From NCBI RefSeq assembly GCF_006345805.1, contig NC_043022.1, positions 5,580,001-5,644,000 on the forward strand: DNA of 64,000 bases, given 5' to 3'. Shown piece by piece: positions 13,829 to 25,512 of this stretch (positions are counted from its first letter, which is position 1; every line of letters begins with the position of its first letter). The notes under the pieces are model-generated. The model worked only from the letters and a program-made list of their open reading frames with translations. It was not told the DNA's origin and ran no database searches. The position numbers and the translations under genes were made by a program. The DNA comes from Octopus sinensis. Its lineage: Eukaryota.

Positions 13829-13998
13829 TATATACAACGGGCTTCTTTTAGTTTCCGTCTACCAGATCCACTCAGAAGGCTTTGGTCAGCCCAAGGCTAT
13901 AGTAGAAGACACTTGCCCAAGGTGCCACGCAGTGGGACTGAACCCAGAACCATGTGGTTCAGAAGCAAGCTACTTACCACACAGCCACTCCTGCACCT
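13557..13998 (-). mobile_element. SINE family A, copy c
   Basis: Same head, core and tail as the other family A copies. Confidence 0.9.
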
Positions 13999-14029
13999 AA
14001 TATTTTACTTTAAAGTAAAACTTAGTTCT

Positions 14030-14495
14030 TGAGTCAGAGAAATTTACCTTTTGTAGATATTCTAAAGGTTTTAGTTGTGAGTTATTCATTGAGTAAAATG
14101 GTTAGGGTTGTAAATGGTATGTGTGGGGATTCTGCTTTGATTCTGCTGAAGAAAACTAGGTTGTTCTTAGAAGATGTCTTCAAATTCTTAGTCCATAAAA
14201 ACAACATGTCTGGGACGAGGTGTTTAGACTGTGTGCAGAGGGCGTCCCATGAATGAAGGGTTGGTGGGATCTGTGTAGGAGTACATGTGGTTAGAAATAT
14301 GAGAGAGAAAGTTTGTTGGTGCAGAGATGAAAGAATGTAAGAGGAACGGTTGAATTCTAGGATAAAAGACTGAGATGGAGAGTGTATCTCTGCAATGGAA
14401 CCGTCTGATGAGAAACTTTCAATGCCAGAGACTGAGAGACGAGTAGGACTCCCTCTTAAACCAGAACAGTTGTACAATCTCATTAAGAGTTCCAT
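14030..14495 (-). pseudogene. Decayed APE endonuclease N-terminus of an L1/Tx1-like LINE ORF2 (tentative)
   Basis: MELLMRLYNCSGLRGSPTRL resembles the APE start motif (N-x-x-G-L); IAEIHS lies at about the position expected for QETH. Confidence 0.35.
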
Positions 14496-15789
14496 TAGTG
14501 AAAACGAAGCCAAAGAATGAAGAACTAAGAAGAAATGTGTGAACTAGTGAGGGTGACAGAGTGATGCAGGGGTAAAGCAAAAAACGGATTGGGTTATGGA
14601 AGGTGGGGAAAACCTGAAAGAGCTGTGAAGGGAGTGGGAGCGAAAATGGGTTGAGTGGTATTGGCCCTATGAAATTTAGTATTAAGAAAACAGTACCGAA
14701 GGACCAGATAATAAATTGTGGCAAGAATAAAGCTCCTTTTTCTAGAGATTCTATGCTGAAAAAGTGTAAGGGGGGTTTGGTAGGAATGGGGGAGGGTGAA
14801 ATACGACCAGTTATTTGTGGGTTTATCAAGTCACATGAATAGATATTAAGGGAAAGAAAAGAGCAGGGAGTGCATGAGGGGTATACTGCAGGGTTTGTTG
14901 TAGTTTAACCCTTAGTTAATCCTGATCATGGAGGTATATGATCAAAGACATTCCAGCTATGACCTTCTCGCCTTTTCTATCTGTATTTCTCTCACTCTAC
15001 ACACACATGCAGATAGATAGGCAGACAGACACACAGATAGACAGACGGATGGACAAATAGGATAGACAGACAGACAGACAGATAGATAGTGAGACAGCCG
15101 GACGGATGGGCAGGCAGACAGACAGATAGGTGTGTGTGTGTGTGTGTGTTCTATTCTTCTTTTGACTTTTTCAGTCATTGGGGCACCATGTTGAAGGGTT
15201 TACTGGATCAAATTGACAAACAGAAAGATGTGTGCATGTATGCACATACACACATACATGGACATATACACGTGTACATATAAATGTATGTGTGTGTACA
15301 TATATGTGTGAATGCATTTATGCATATAAATATACATATATGTATATATATATTACTGAAACGAGTAAAATAATAAACGAATTATATGAAACAGCATTGT
15401 TGAAGGTGTCCTTTTCTTTTTAAAGACAGTCAGGAGTGATTTTGAGGGATATTTAGTTGCTATTTCTTGTAGGCTGATCACCCATGTAGATATCCCCCTC
15501 AACTGACTCAGAATACAGAAGAAGCTTCCCTCCTGGTGATTGTCCAGAGTAAAATAACAAACATGTTTTGTTAGTATTTAATAAACAGATCAGATAGACT
15601 TTTCAAAACAATGCACAACGGTAAGTGCGGAGAGAAGACGGTGCTTTTCGAGTATTTTGATATATAAAACCTTCCAGCAACCATTTTCTTATATTTTGGT
15701 TTCAACAACGGAAGGAAGTCTGCTGTTTTGGAATGATTTGAGGAATTTTAAAGTCTGTGTGTTATTTTAGAGGAAAGGAAATAGAAATA

Positions 15790-15862
15790 GTGGTGGTGGT
15801 GGTGGTGGTGGTGGTGTGGTTGGTGTTGTGGTTATTGCTGCTGTTGTTGTTGTGTTGTTGTT

Positions 15863-15893
<31 letters not shown>

Positions 15894-16345
15894 ATGACAG
15901 ATATGTTGATGTAATCTTGTTCAAGGAGGTATTAGTAATATAATACTAAAAAGATAAGTGGTGGTGGTGATGATGATGATAATGATGATGATGATTATGA
16001 TGTTGGTGGTAGTGGTGATGATGATCATGATGGTGGTAGTGGTGAAGGTGGTGGTGGTGATGATGATGATGATGAAAGTGATAATGGTAGTGGTGGTGGT
16101 GAGGATGATGATGATGATGATTACAAGTGATGGTAGTGGTGATGATGATGATGAAAGTGATAATGGTGGTAGAGGCAGTGGTGGTGGTAGTGGCGGTAGT
16201 GGTGGTGGTGGTGGTGATGATAATGATGATTGTTATGGTGATGATGATGATGGAGGTGGAGGTGGCAAGGAGGAGGATGATGATGTGAAGACCACAAGGA
16301 GGTGGAGATGGAGGAGGAGGACGACGACAATGATGATGACGATGA
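15790..16345. repeat. (GGT)/(GAT)n compound microsatellites
   Basis: Directly visible. Confidence 0.9.
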
Positions 16346-16559
16346 CGCACAAGACATGCTTTTATGGCCGCACTGCCTCCATGCCATTGACATGCTTAAT
16401 CATTTGTTCTGGCGGTCGGGAGAAGTCTCATTTCAAATCCATCAAAAACCTTCGACCCAACCAGCATTTTGATGGAGCGCAGAACAGTTGTGTAACAGAG
16501 AACATGATTAGACTAAACACCATATATTGCAGGACGATAACTAGCTGTTACCATGTGTG

Positions 16560-16592
<33 letters not shown>

Positions 16593-16796
16593 GTGTGCGT
16601 GTATCTGTGTGTGTGTATTTGTTATTCAGCTGTTGTCACTCGGCAATATTTTATCCCCAACAGATCCCCAACATCCATTCTGATAATCTTCCAAATGTGT
16701 CAAATATCCAATATGTCTTCCCATGTGACATAGGGACCACTGCAATGGTTGTGGCATTCTGTGATGTGTGCCTTCGGTATTATAGAGAGGGACTAA

Positions 16797-17200
16797 GGTG
16801 GTGGTGAGCTGGCAGAATCGTTAGCGCACCAGGCAAAATGCTTAGCGGTATTTCACCTGTCACTACGTTCTGAGTTCAAATTCCATCAAGGTCGACTTTG
16901 CCTTTCATCCTTTTGGGGGGTCGATTAAATAAGTACCAGTTACACACTGGGGTCGATGTAATCGACTTAATACCTATGTCTGTCCTTGTCTGTCCCCTCT
17001 GTGTTTAGCCCCTCGTGGGTAATAAAGAAATAGGTATTTCACCTGTCACTACATTCTGAGTTCAAATTCCATCAAGGTCGACTTTGCCTTTCATCCTTTT
17101 GGGGGGTTTGATTAAATAAGTACCAGTTATGCACTGGGGTTGATGTAATCGACTTAATCTCCTCCCCCACGCTGCCCTTGTGGCAAAAATTTGAAATCAT
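16797..17200 (+). mobile_element. SINE family B dimer (full unit plus headless second unit)
   Basis: Junction AAAGAAATAG|GTATTTC at ~17034; both units share the variants CACCTGTCACTAC and CCATCAAGG. Confidence 0.85.
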
Positions 17201-17782
17201 TATAGATAGAGAGTTATCTCCCTTGCTGGATGCTGTTAACAGTGCTTGGCAGGAAGTGGTGGGGGTGGATATAAATGGCTGTCTCCTGGGCTGCAGGGGA
17301 TGAGGAGTCTCCGCCGTGATGTCCCCCACGCTACAGCAGAACGGATGTTGATACGTAGCGTTCATAGTGGTGTCCCTTCCTCTACGGATGATATTACACA
17401 GATCACAGTCATATAGGGCATTACTCATTGATGTGAAGTCGTTCCTACCAGATAAAGGAGACAGATGTTATCATTCCCATTTACATAACACGCAGGACAT
17501 CACTCATACATCCTGTTCCACTGAAAAATTACCAGCATTCGTCTAGAACCCTCATGCTAAATAGATATCACCATTTTCAAGATCCTCTCTTTGCAAAAAC
17601 ACATCCTCAATAATGTAGACCAGTGGTTCTCAACCATTTTTTTTATTCTTATCTAGGGGCCCTTTTGACTACTGCTTCATTCTCTGATCCACTCCAACCT
17701 CTGATCCACCAACTTACTATGTCCTCTCGCTGCATGTTTACTGATACTATAATGGCATCTTCCTTGCTGCTAACTGGTCTTG

Positions 17783-18100
17783 TGAAGGCACATGGCTTAG
17801 TGGTTAGGGTATTTGGATCACAATTGAAAGGTTGTGAGTTCAATTCCTGACAACATCTTGTCTTTTTGAGCAAGACACATTATTTTTCATTGGACCCAAT
17901 TCACACAGCTGATAAAAAGGAGTTGTAACTGTAATTCACAAGGGGACAGCCTTGTCACAGTCAGTATCCCATGCTGAATCTCTCTAGGAATTACATCAAG
18001 GTACATGTACCCATGGAGTACTCAGCCACTTGCATGTTAATTTCCCAAGCAGGCTGTTCTGTTGATCAAATCAACCAGAACACCTGTCATTGTAAGCGAG
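17783..18100 (+). mobile_element. Older tRNA-derived SINE family E
   Basis: GAAGGCACATGGCTTAGTGGTTAG head, TTGAGCAAGACAC domain and AAGGG..GCCTTGTCACA...GCAGGCTGTTC tail. Other copies at ~18918-19130, 30055-30970 (three, minus), 35215-35520 (-), 50897-51225. Confidence 0.75.
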
Positions 18101-18213
18101 AGAATGTCAGTAACTGGTCTTGCATCAGCCCCACTCAAGCACTTCTAACTCATTTGTCCCTCCCCATCTTGATACCCCTATTCTATCTACCCCTTCCAGA
18201 CCCTCACAAAGCA

Positions 18214-18471
18214 CTAACACCCAGTCCTTCCTCCACTGAATGTTAGTCCTCTGGAATTCCTTCCTTGTCCTTTGTTTTTTTGGCAATCATCAACTTCAAG
18301 GGAAATATAAGCCACCTCAATATCAAAGGGGCCTACAAAGGACATGGGTACAGCCCTTTTTTGTAGACAAAACTCCACAAAAAACAATTGAGGATCACTA
18401 GGAAGGAATGTAAAGTACTTACTCACTGCATAACTCCAAGTTTCTACCCAGAAAGCAAGACAGACAACCAA
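18214..18471 (-). pseudogene. Possible decayed LINE APE endonuclease fragment
   Basis: VVCLAFWVETW and GRNSRGL resemble the ETW and GRxSGG motifs of CR1/L2-group endonucleases. Confidence 0.3.
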
Positions 18472-19893
18472 GCATTTTGTGGTACTTCAACCTGCTAGAA
18501 ATAGCAGCTAAGTTTCCTACAAATTAAATTTTACTAATTTTAAAAGATGAAGGCTACTCAGTGCATTCCAACTACATTGTGTCCTCTCTGTGAAACATGA
18601 GGGATGATCATGGCTGGAATGCCTTTGATGATAAATCTGTTCAATATGAACTGATCTGGAACTAAACATTAACAACTTAATACAAGGCATAAAGCAAATA
18701 GAGAGAGAGGGTGAGAGACAGAGAGAGAGAGAGAGAGAGGGGAAGAGACAGAGACAGACAGAGAGAGGAGGAGACAGAGAGAGAACTGATATCAATGGAA
18801 GATGATAAGTGATTGATCTTTCTATTGATTACTGTTATGGAAGTGATAACCCTTTTTAATTTCGTTAATATATGATCTGCCTCATAAAAGTGTATGGCCT
18901 TGTGGGGGTGGCGGTAGTGAAGGTGCATGGCTCAGTGGTCAGGGCTATTTGGCTCACAATCGTTAAATCATGAGGTCAATTCTCGGTGGTGCATCCTGCC
19001 CTTGAGCAAGACACTTTATTTCTCGTTGGATCCAGTTCACTCACCTGGCAAAAAGTGATTTGTACCTGTAATTTCAAAGGGGCCAGCCTTGTCACATTCT
19101 GTGTCAGGCTGAATCTCCCTGAGAACTGCGTTAATCCTTTAGCATTCAGATTTTATTCTGTCAAAAGTAAGGCTTGTTTATATTATTTTGAATTAATCAT
19201 GGATTATCTCAAAGCTTTCAGATTTTGATGAGGCAACTTAGATTTTTACTATGATATTCTTTTACTTGTTTCAGTCAATTGACTGTGGCCATGCTTGAGC
19301 ACCACCTTTAGTCAAACAAATCAACCCCAGGACTTATTCTTTGTAAGCCTAGTACTTATTCTATCAGTCTCTTTGGCCAAAACGCTAAGTGATGGGGACA
19401 TAAACACACCAACATCGGTTATCAAGTGATAGTGGGGAAAGACACACAAATACATAGACGCCAGTGCCTCCTAACATACTCCCATGCCAGTAGCACATAA
19501 AAAGCACCATCCGAATGTGGTCAATGCCTGTGCCCCATGACCGGCTTCCTGTGCCAGTGGCATGTAAAAAGCACCCACTACACTCTTGGAGTGGTTGGCA
19601 TCAGGATGGGCATTCGGCTGTAGAAACCTTGCCAGATCAGATTGGAGTGTGGTGCAGCCTTCAGCATTTGGAAAAAGATAAAGATGGCGTTTGAATGTTT
19701 ACACTACATGTTTACACTAAATACTATGCTGACCTTTATGCCAGGAAATATGGTAAAACATGCAAAATAAGGGGACATGGAATTTATAGCTAAAAATAGC
19801 AGGTCACTTTATATACCAAGATGATTTTGGAAAGCCAAAAATTCCATGGGAAATGCTACAGGATTTGGGAAGATAGAGATGATCTTTGAATAT

Positions 19894-20118
19894 TTAACTC
19901 TTTAGCATTTAAACCAGCCAAATCCGGCCAAAATATTCTCCATTTTATGCAAAAAGTGGTCAGATTGGGCCTCTCACACCAACCCTATACTGTCATTCTA
20001 AAAATTAACAGTTACGTCATCAAAATCTGAAAGCTACAAGAATAATGCATTATTAATTAAAAACATGTAAATAAATAAACATTACTTTCGACAGAATAAG
20101 GAGAACGCTAAAGAGTTA
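19894..20118 (+). mobile_element. piggyBac-like MITE with TTAA target
   Basis: TTAA-CTCTTTTAGC...GCTAAAGAG-TTA(A). Related pieces at ~19130, 25575, 26480-26580 (-), 50667-50860, 51233, 62500-62710. Confidence 0.65.
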
Positions 20119-20525
20119 GGGGCAGGAGTGGCTGTGTGGTAAGTAGCTTGCTAACCAACCACATGGTTCTGGGTTCAGTCCCACTGCGTGGCATCTTGAA
20201 CAAGCGTCTTCTGCTATAGCCCCGGGCCAACCAATGCCTTGTGAGTGGATTTGGTAGACGGAAACTGAAAGAAGCCTGTTGTATATATGTATATATATAT
20301 ATGTATGTATGTGTCTGTGTGTCTGTGTTTGTCCCCCTAGCATTGCTTGACAACAGATGCTGGTGTGTTTACGTCCCCGTCACTTAGCGGTTCGGCAAAA
20401 GAGAACGATAGAATAAGTACTGGGCTTACAAAGAATAAGTCCCGGGGTCGAGTTGTTTGACTAAAGGCGGTGCTCCAGCATGGCCGCAGTCAAATGACTG
20501 AAACAAGTAAAAGAGAGTAAAAGAG
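20119..20525 (+). mobile_element. SINE family A inserted in the MITE terminus
   Basis: Full head, core and tail; 9-bp TSD AAAGAGTTA at 20110-20118 and 20526-20534. Confidence 0.9.
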
Positions 20526-20754
20526 AAAGAGTTAAGCTACATATTTTCACAATATATGATAACACTGATTTGGATGCTGGGAAATACAGTAAAACAAACA
20601 AACTTAGATGGCATTTTTATCACCAAAACAATCAGGTCAACTTCTACACCAAGACAACTTTAGAAGATGAAAAAATTCCATGTGAAATGCACCAGAATTT
20701 GGAAAGACATGGATAAGGTTTGAATGTTTACACTACATGTTTTCTCTATATATA

Positions 20755-20979
20755 TGTTTCTTTACTACCCACAAGGGGCTAAACACAGAGGGGACAAACA
20801 AGGACAGACAAAGGGATTAAGTCGATTACATCGAGCCCAGTGCGAAAATGGTACTTTATTTATCGACCCCGAAAGGATGGAAGGCAAAGTCAACCTCGGC
20901 GGAATTTGAACTCAGAACGTAACGACAGACGAAATACCGCAAAGCATTTCGCCCGGCGTGCTAACGATTCCGCCAGCTC
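20755..20979 (-). mobile_element. SINE family B
   Basis: Reverse complement of the 9067-9298 element; flanked by ATATA at 20750-20754 and 20980-20984. Confidence 0.85.
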
Positions 20980-21885
20980 ATATAACATGGATATGTATGC
21001 CAGGGAATACAGTATGGAACTAAGTGCTGGTACAGCTGTCTCTCTCTCCCTTCCAATATCACACCCCCAATGTTCCACTGTGCGAAGGGATGGGCATCAA
21101 CGGCTACTTGTGACTGCATCAGCACCGAAAACAATTGGAAACTAGGTCAAACTCACTTGTGAGCGCACAGCTAGAGTTATCTTCTAATTTGGAGTGAGAC
21201 TCCAGAAGCCTTGAAACATTGCTGAATCTCTCTCTCTCTCTCCTCTCCATCACTTCAGAATTGGTTTAATATTCTCTCTCTCTCTCCTCTCCATCACTCT
21301 CTCTCTCTCTAACTGTAGCAATATTTATCATTGCCGTTTCTCTACAGTAATTAACATTTATTCCATTCAGGTGTAACTTGGCTCACAGTTGAGGACACTG
21401 GCAAAAACATCAGCCAACCTTTCTGAATTATTGAAACAGTAGTGGAGTGTGAGGGGAAGCGAGAGTGAAAGCCTGGGTGGTTCTTAGAATGCTAAGTACA
21501 CAGGGTTCACACAGTGGAATGAATTTTCCGCTTGGTCGGAGAGAGAGAGGGAGAGAAAGAGAGAGAGAGAGAGGAGATGCTTACTGGTGGCTTTGGATAA
21601 ATAGATTAGGTGTGACTGTGGAGGTGGTGGTGGTGGTGATGATTATGATAGTGAATAGGAAAGGAGAAAGGGAGGGGGTAATAGGTGTTAGTGGGGTGGG
21701 GTGGGGGTGGGGTGAGGAAATGGTCAATGTGAGGAGAAAATTGAAAAACAGAAAAATCAGCAGATTTGACAAAAAAAGGGGGAAGGAATGACACAAAGAC
21801 AGGAAAATATCATACACATGAAGAGATAAATATAGACTTACACACTCACTCATACACACACACACACAGATGTGCGTGAGTGTTT

Positions 21886-21919
<34 letters not shown>

Positions 21920-22278
21920 CAATATAGAAACAGTTACACACACACACACACACATAACCTCAATAGAGTTTCCAATTTTTTTGCTGATTATTATTATTAT
22001 TACAGAGATGTACTTGCATAGCAAGTGACTTGATCTGAGTTCGTGTGCTGAAACAAAAGCAATTGCAGTATGGAAGGTGTTTATAAGCCATTTAAAAACA
22101 CACAAAAAAACATTAGATTCACTTCAACATTTAAATCTAATTTGTTAAAATATTTTTGTGGCTTTGAAACCACAACCTGTTCACTGACAAAATTCCATGC
22201 TGCATCTAAAGAAGTAACACTTAGTTCATGATATATATGCATGCATGCATGCATGTATGTATGTATGCATGCATGCAT

Positions 22279-22678
22279 TGGCTGTGTGATAAGTAGCTTG
22301 CTAACCAACCACATGGTTCTGGGTTCAGTCCCACTGCGTGGCATCTTGGGCAAGTGTCTTCTGCTATAGCCCCGGGCCGACCAATGCCTTGTGAGTGGAT
22401 TTGGTAGAGGGAAACTGAAAGAAGCCTGTCGTATATATGTATATATATGTATGTGTGTGTGTTTGTGTGTCTGTGTTTGTCTCCCTAGCATTGCTTGACA
22501 ACCGATGCTGGTGTGTTTACGTCCCCGTCACTTAGCGGTTCGGCAAAAAGGGACCGATAGAATAAGTACTAGGCTTACAAAGAATAAACCCAGGGTCGAT
22601 TTGCGCGACTAAAGGCGGTGCTCCAGCATGGCCGCAGTCAAATGACTGAAACAAGTAAAAGAGTAAAGAGTAAAGAGT
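22279..22678 (+). mobile_element. SINE family A
   Basis: Head slightly truncated; core, internal microsatellite and (AAAGAGT)n tail present. Confidence 0.9.
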
Positions 22679-22861
22679 ATGTATGTATGTATGTATGCAT
22701 GCATGGATGTATGTATGTATGTATGTATGTATCGATGGATGGATGGATGGATTGATGTATGGATGGATGTATGGATGGATGCATGCATGCATGTATGTGC
22801 ATAAACATATGTGTACATGTGTATGCATGGGTGCATGCTTATACACATGTATGTACATATG

Positions 22862-23610
22862 TATGCAGATGATTGTGATCTTGTAGCGCACACAGAGATC
22901 GATATGCAACACATTTTGAATGCATTCTCTGATGCTTGCACTGCCTTAGGATTGACAGTCAGTCTCAAGAAAACTGTTGTCACGCATCAACCTGCCCCTG
23001 GTAAGCAGCATAGTGTACCAAATATCTATGTGTATGGTAAACAACTTGGTGTAGTCAATCAGTTTGTCTACCTGGGAAGCACTATTAATAGATATAGCAA
23101 TTTGGATGATGAAATTCCATATAGAATTAGGAAAGCAAGTGTTGCTTTCGGAAGGCTAGAAAGGTACCTCTGGAGTCAGCGAGACATATGTAAGAAAACA
23201 AAGATAAAGGTGTACAAGGCTTGTGTACTCCCTTCTCTTCTCTATGCCTGCGAGACCTGGGTCACATATCGATACCACTTTAAACAACTGGAACGTTTCC
23301 ATCAGATGTGTCTCAGACGGATCTATGGCATCAGTGATCTTGAGATATTGGAAAGCTCTCGGTGTGAAAGAAAAGAAGCTCTTGTGCTGAATCAAAGGCT
23401 CAGATGGAGTGGTATAAAGACGAGGTATAAAGACATGCTGAAGGTTTCCTTGAGAGATGCTAGCTTCTCTCCTGACACATGGGAGGGCATAGCTATTGAT
23501 TGTAGCAGGTAAAGAAGGATTGTGCATGAGGGGACAGCTACTTTTGAGAAATCTCGAGTTGTGCATGAAAAAGTAAGGAGGAAGGATGTCAGGAAGACCC
23601 TGCCTCAGTA
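22862..23610 (+). mobile_element. RTE-clade LINE fragment: reverse transcriptase from YADD to the C-terminal region
   Basis: YADDCDLVAH...GLTVSLKKT...FVYLGSTI...KIKVYKACVLPSLLYACETW...LERFHQMCLRRI...LRWSG...RYKDMLK are hallmark RTE RT and thumb motifs; frame open 22862-23512. Confidence 0.9.
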
Positions 23611-23865
23611 AAGCTGGACTCAAAAGTCATCTTTGTAGTCATAATAATAATAATAATAATAATCCTTTCTACTAAAGGCACAAGGCCTGAAATTTGTGGG
23701 GAGGGGACTTATCAATTATATTGACCCCCACTACATAACATACAAACATACATATTTGCATATAGGCATGCACACATTTAAATGCTAAGAGAATCTAACA
23801 GTTTTTGTGTGTTTTTAAATGGCTTACAAACACCTTCCATGCTGCAACTGTTGTTGTTGTTATTG

Positions 23866-23899
<34 letters not shown>

Positions 23900-23904
23900 T
23901 ATTA

Positions 23905-24425
23905 GGGCAGCGAGCTGGCAGAATTGTTAGCATGCCAGGTGAAATGCTTAGCAGGATTTCATCTGCTGCTACATTCTGAGTTCAAATTCTGGCAAGGTTG
24001 ACTTTACCTGTAATCCTTTTAGGGTCGATAAAATAAGTACCAGTGATACACTGTGGCCGAAGTAATTGACTAATCCCTTATGCCAAATTTCAGGCCTTGT
24101 GCCTACAGTAGAAAGGATCATCATCATCATCATCACCACCACCACCGCCACCACTGCCACCGCCACCACCACCACCACCATCTTCATCATCATCATTATT
24201 ATTAAAGTAGTAAGCTGGCAGAATTGTTAGCACACTGAGTGAAATGCTAACTGGTATTTCGTCTACTGCTACGTTCTGAGTTCAAATTCTGCTGAGGTCG
24301 AGTTTGCCTTTCATCCTTTTGGAAGGGTCAATGAAATAAGTACCAGTTATGTACTCGGGTCGATATAACCAACTAGTCCCCTCCCCATAAATTTCAAGCC
24401 TTGTGCCTTTAGTTGAAAGGATTAT
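23905..24425 (+). mobile_element. Two SINE family B variants with an alternative AAATTTCAGGCCTTGTGCC...GAAAGGAT tail
   Basis: Family B head and Nin-like core followed by a different tail and ATT/CAT repeats. Similar copies at ~31675-32220, 39835-40055 (-), 55278-55470. Confidence 0.75.
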
Positions 24426-24434
24426 TATTATTAT

Positions 24435-24471
<37 letters not shown>

Positions 24472-25329
24472 TGTAGTAGTAGTGGTGGTGGTGGTGTGGT
24501 GGTGGTGATGGTGGTGGTGGTAGTAGTAGTAGTAGTTGCTGCAGCAGCAGCAGTACTACTACTACTACTACTACTGTGGAAAACTAGTAAGCGGCATTTT
24601 GTCTGACTTTATGTTCTCAGTTTCGACTTTGCCATTCATCCTTTTGGGGGGTTGATAAATTAAGCACCAGTGAAACACTGGGGTTGGTGTAATCAACTTA
24701 ACTCCTTTCCCAAAATTTCAGCCCTTGTGCCTTTATAGGAAGGATTACTATTATCATTACTGTTATCATTACTATTATTTAATCTGTATGTTTGTTTATG
24801 ATTTTAATCTGTATGTTTGTTATAATCACTTGCCAAGACACACCCAGCATCCTAGGGTGAGTATTATTATTATTATTATTATTATAATTATTATAATTAT
24901 TATTATATACTTTTAATCTGTAAGTTTGTTACAGTCACTTGCCAAGACACACCCAGCATCCTAGGGCGATTATTATTATTATTATTATTATTACTACCAG
25001 TCCAACACCTTTCAGGTGTTGAAATCCAGACCGCCATCCCAACCGTTACAACTTTGTAAATCCTCGTATCTCTTTCATCAGAATTTCCTTTTATCTCTGC
25101 GTTTATCTTTGATTTTCCTAAACACAAGGTTATCGGATTACACCTGAAAGATACAGTGGAAGCCCCTCAATGGATGTTTGAGGGAATTCGTGTACAGGGA
25201 AGTGAGCTGTGAATAAGATGAGTAGCAAAATAAGTGATAAGCCCTGACCAGGTAACAAGTGCTGAAGACAACAGGTTACTTTTAACGAGGCTCCAATGAA
25301 CAGATGACAGGGGTCATTGGGAATATATC

Positions 25330-25512
25330 TGGAAGCCATCTACTCGCAATACCAGAGGGCGCACACTCTCCTACCCTGATGTAATCTCCAGGGATACAGG
25401 CATCCAGCAACAGGACCTCCGTAATGCTATGATGGACCGTGAAGTCTGGCGTAACATAGTAAATTCCATTGTCTCGACCACGGTCGAACAATGATGAATG
25501 ATGATGATGATG
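25330..25512 (+). mobile_element. 3' end of an RTE-like LINE
   Basis: WKPSTRNTRGRTLSYPDVISRDTGIQQQDLRNAMMDREVWRNIVNSIVSTTVEQ* (25330-25494) followed by a (TGA)n tail; DRxxWR motif. Confidence 0.75.

Larger units (their letters stand above)
19664..21014 (+). pseudogene. Decayed 195-bp (65-codon) tandem repeat, probably protein-coding in origin, interrupted by three TEs
   Basis: Three TTTGAAT(A/G)TTT anchors, spaced 195 bp and 196 bp after removing the inserts; the translations of the units align (see findings). Confidence 0.6.

Noticed and set aside
15588-15635. Possible 32-nt micro-exon ending at CAACG|GTAAGT
   Set aside because: Weak acceptor and no partner exons; a lone donor match is expected by chance.
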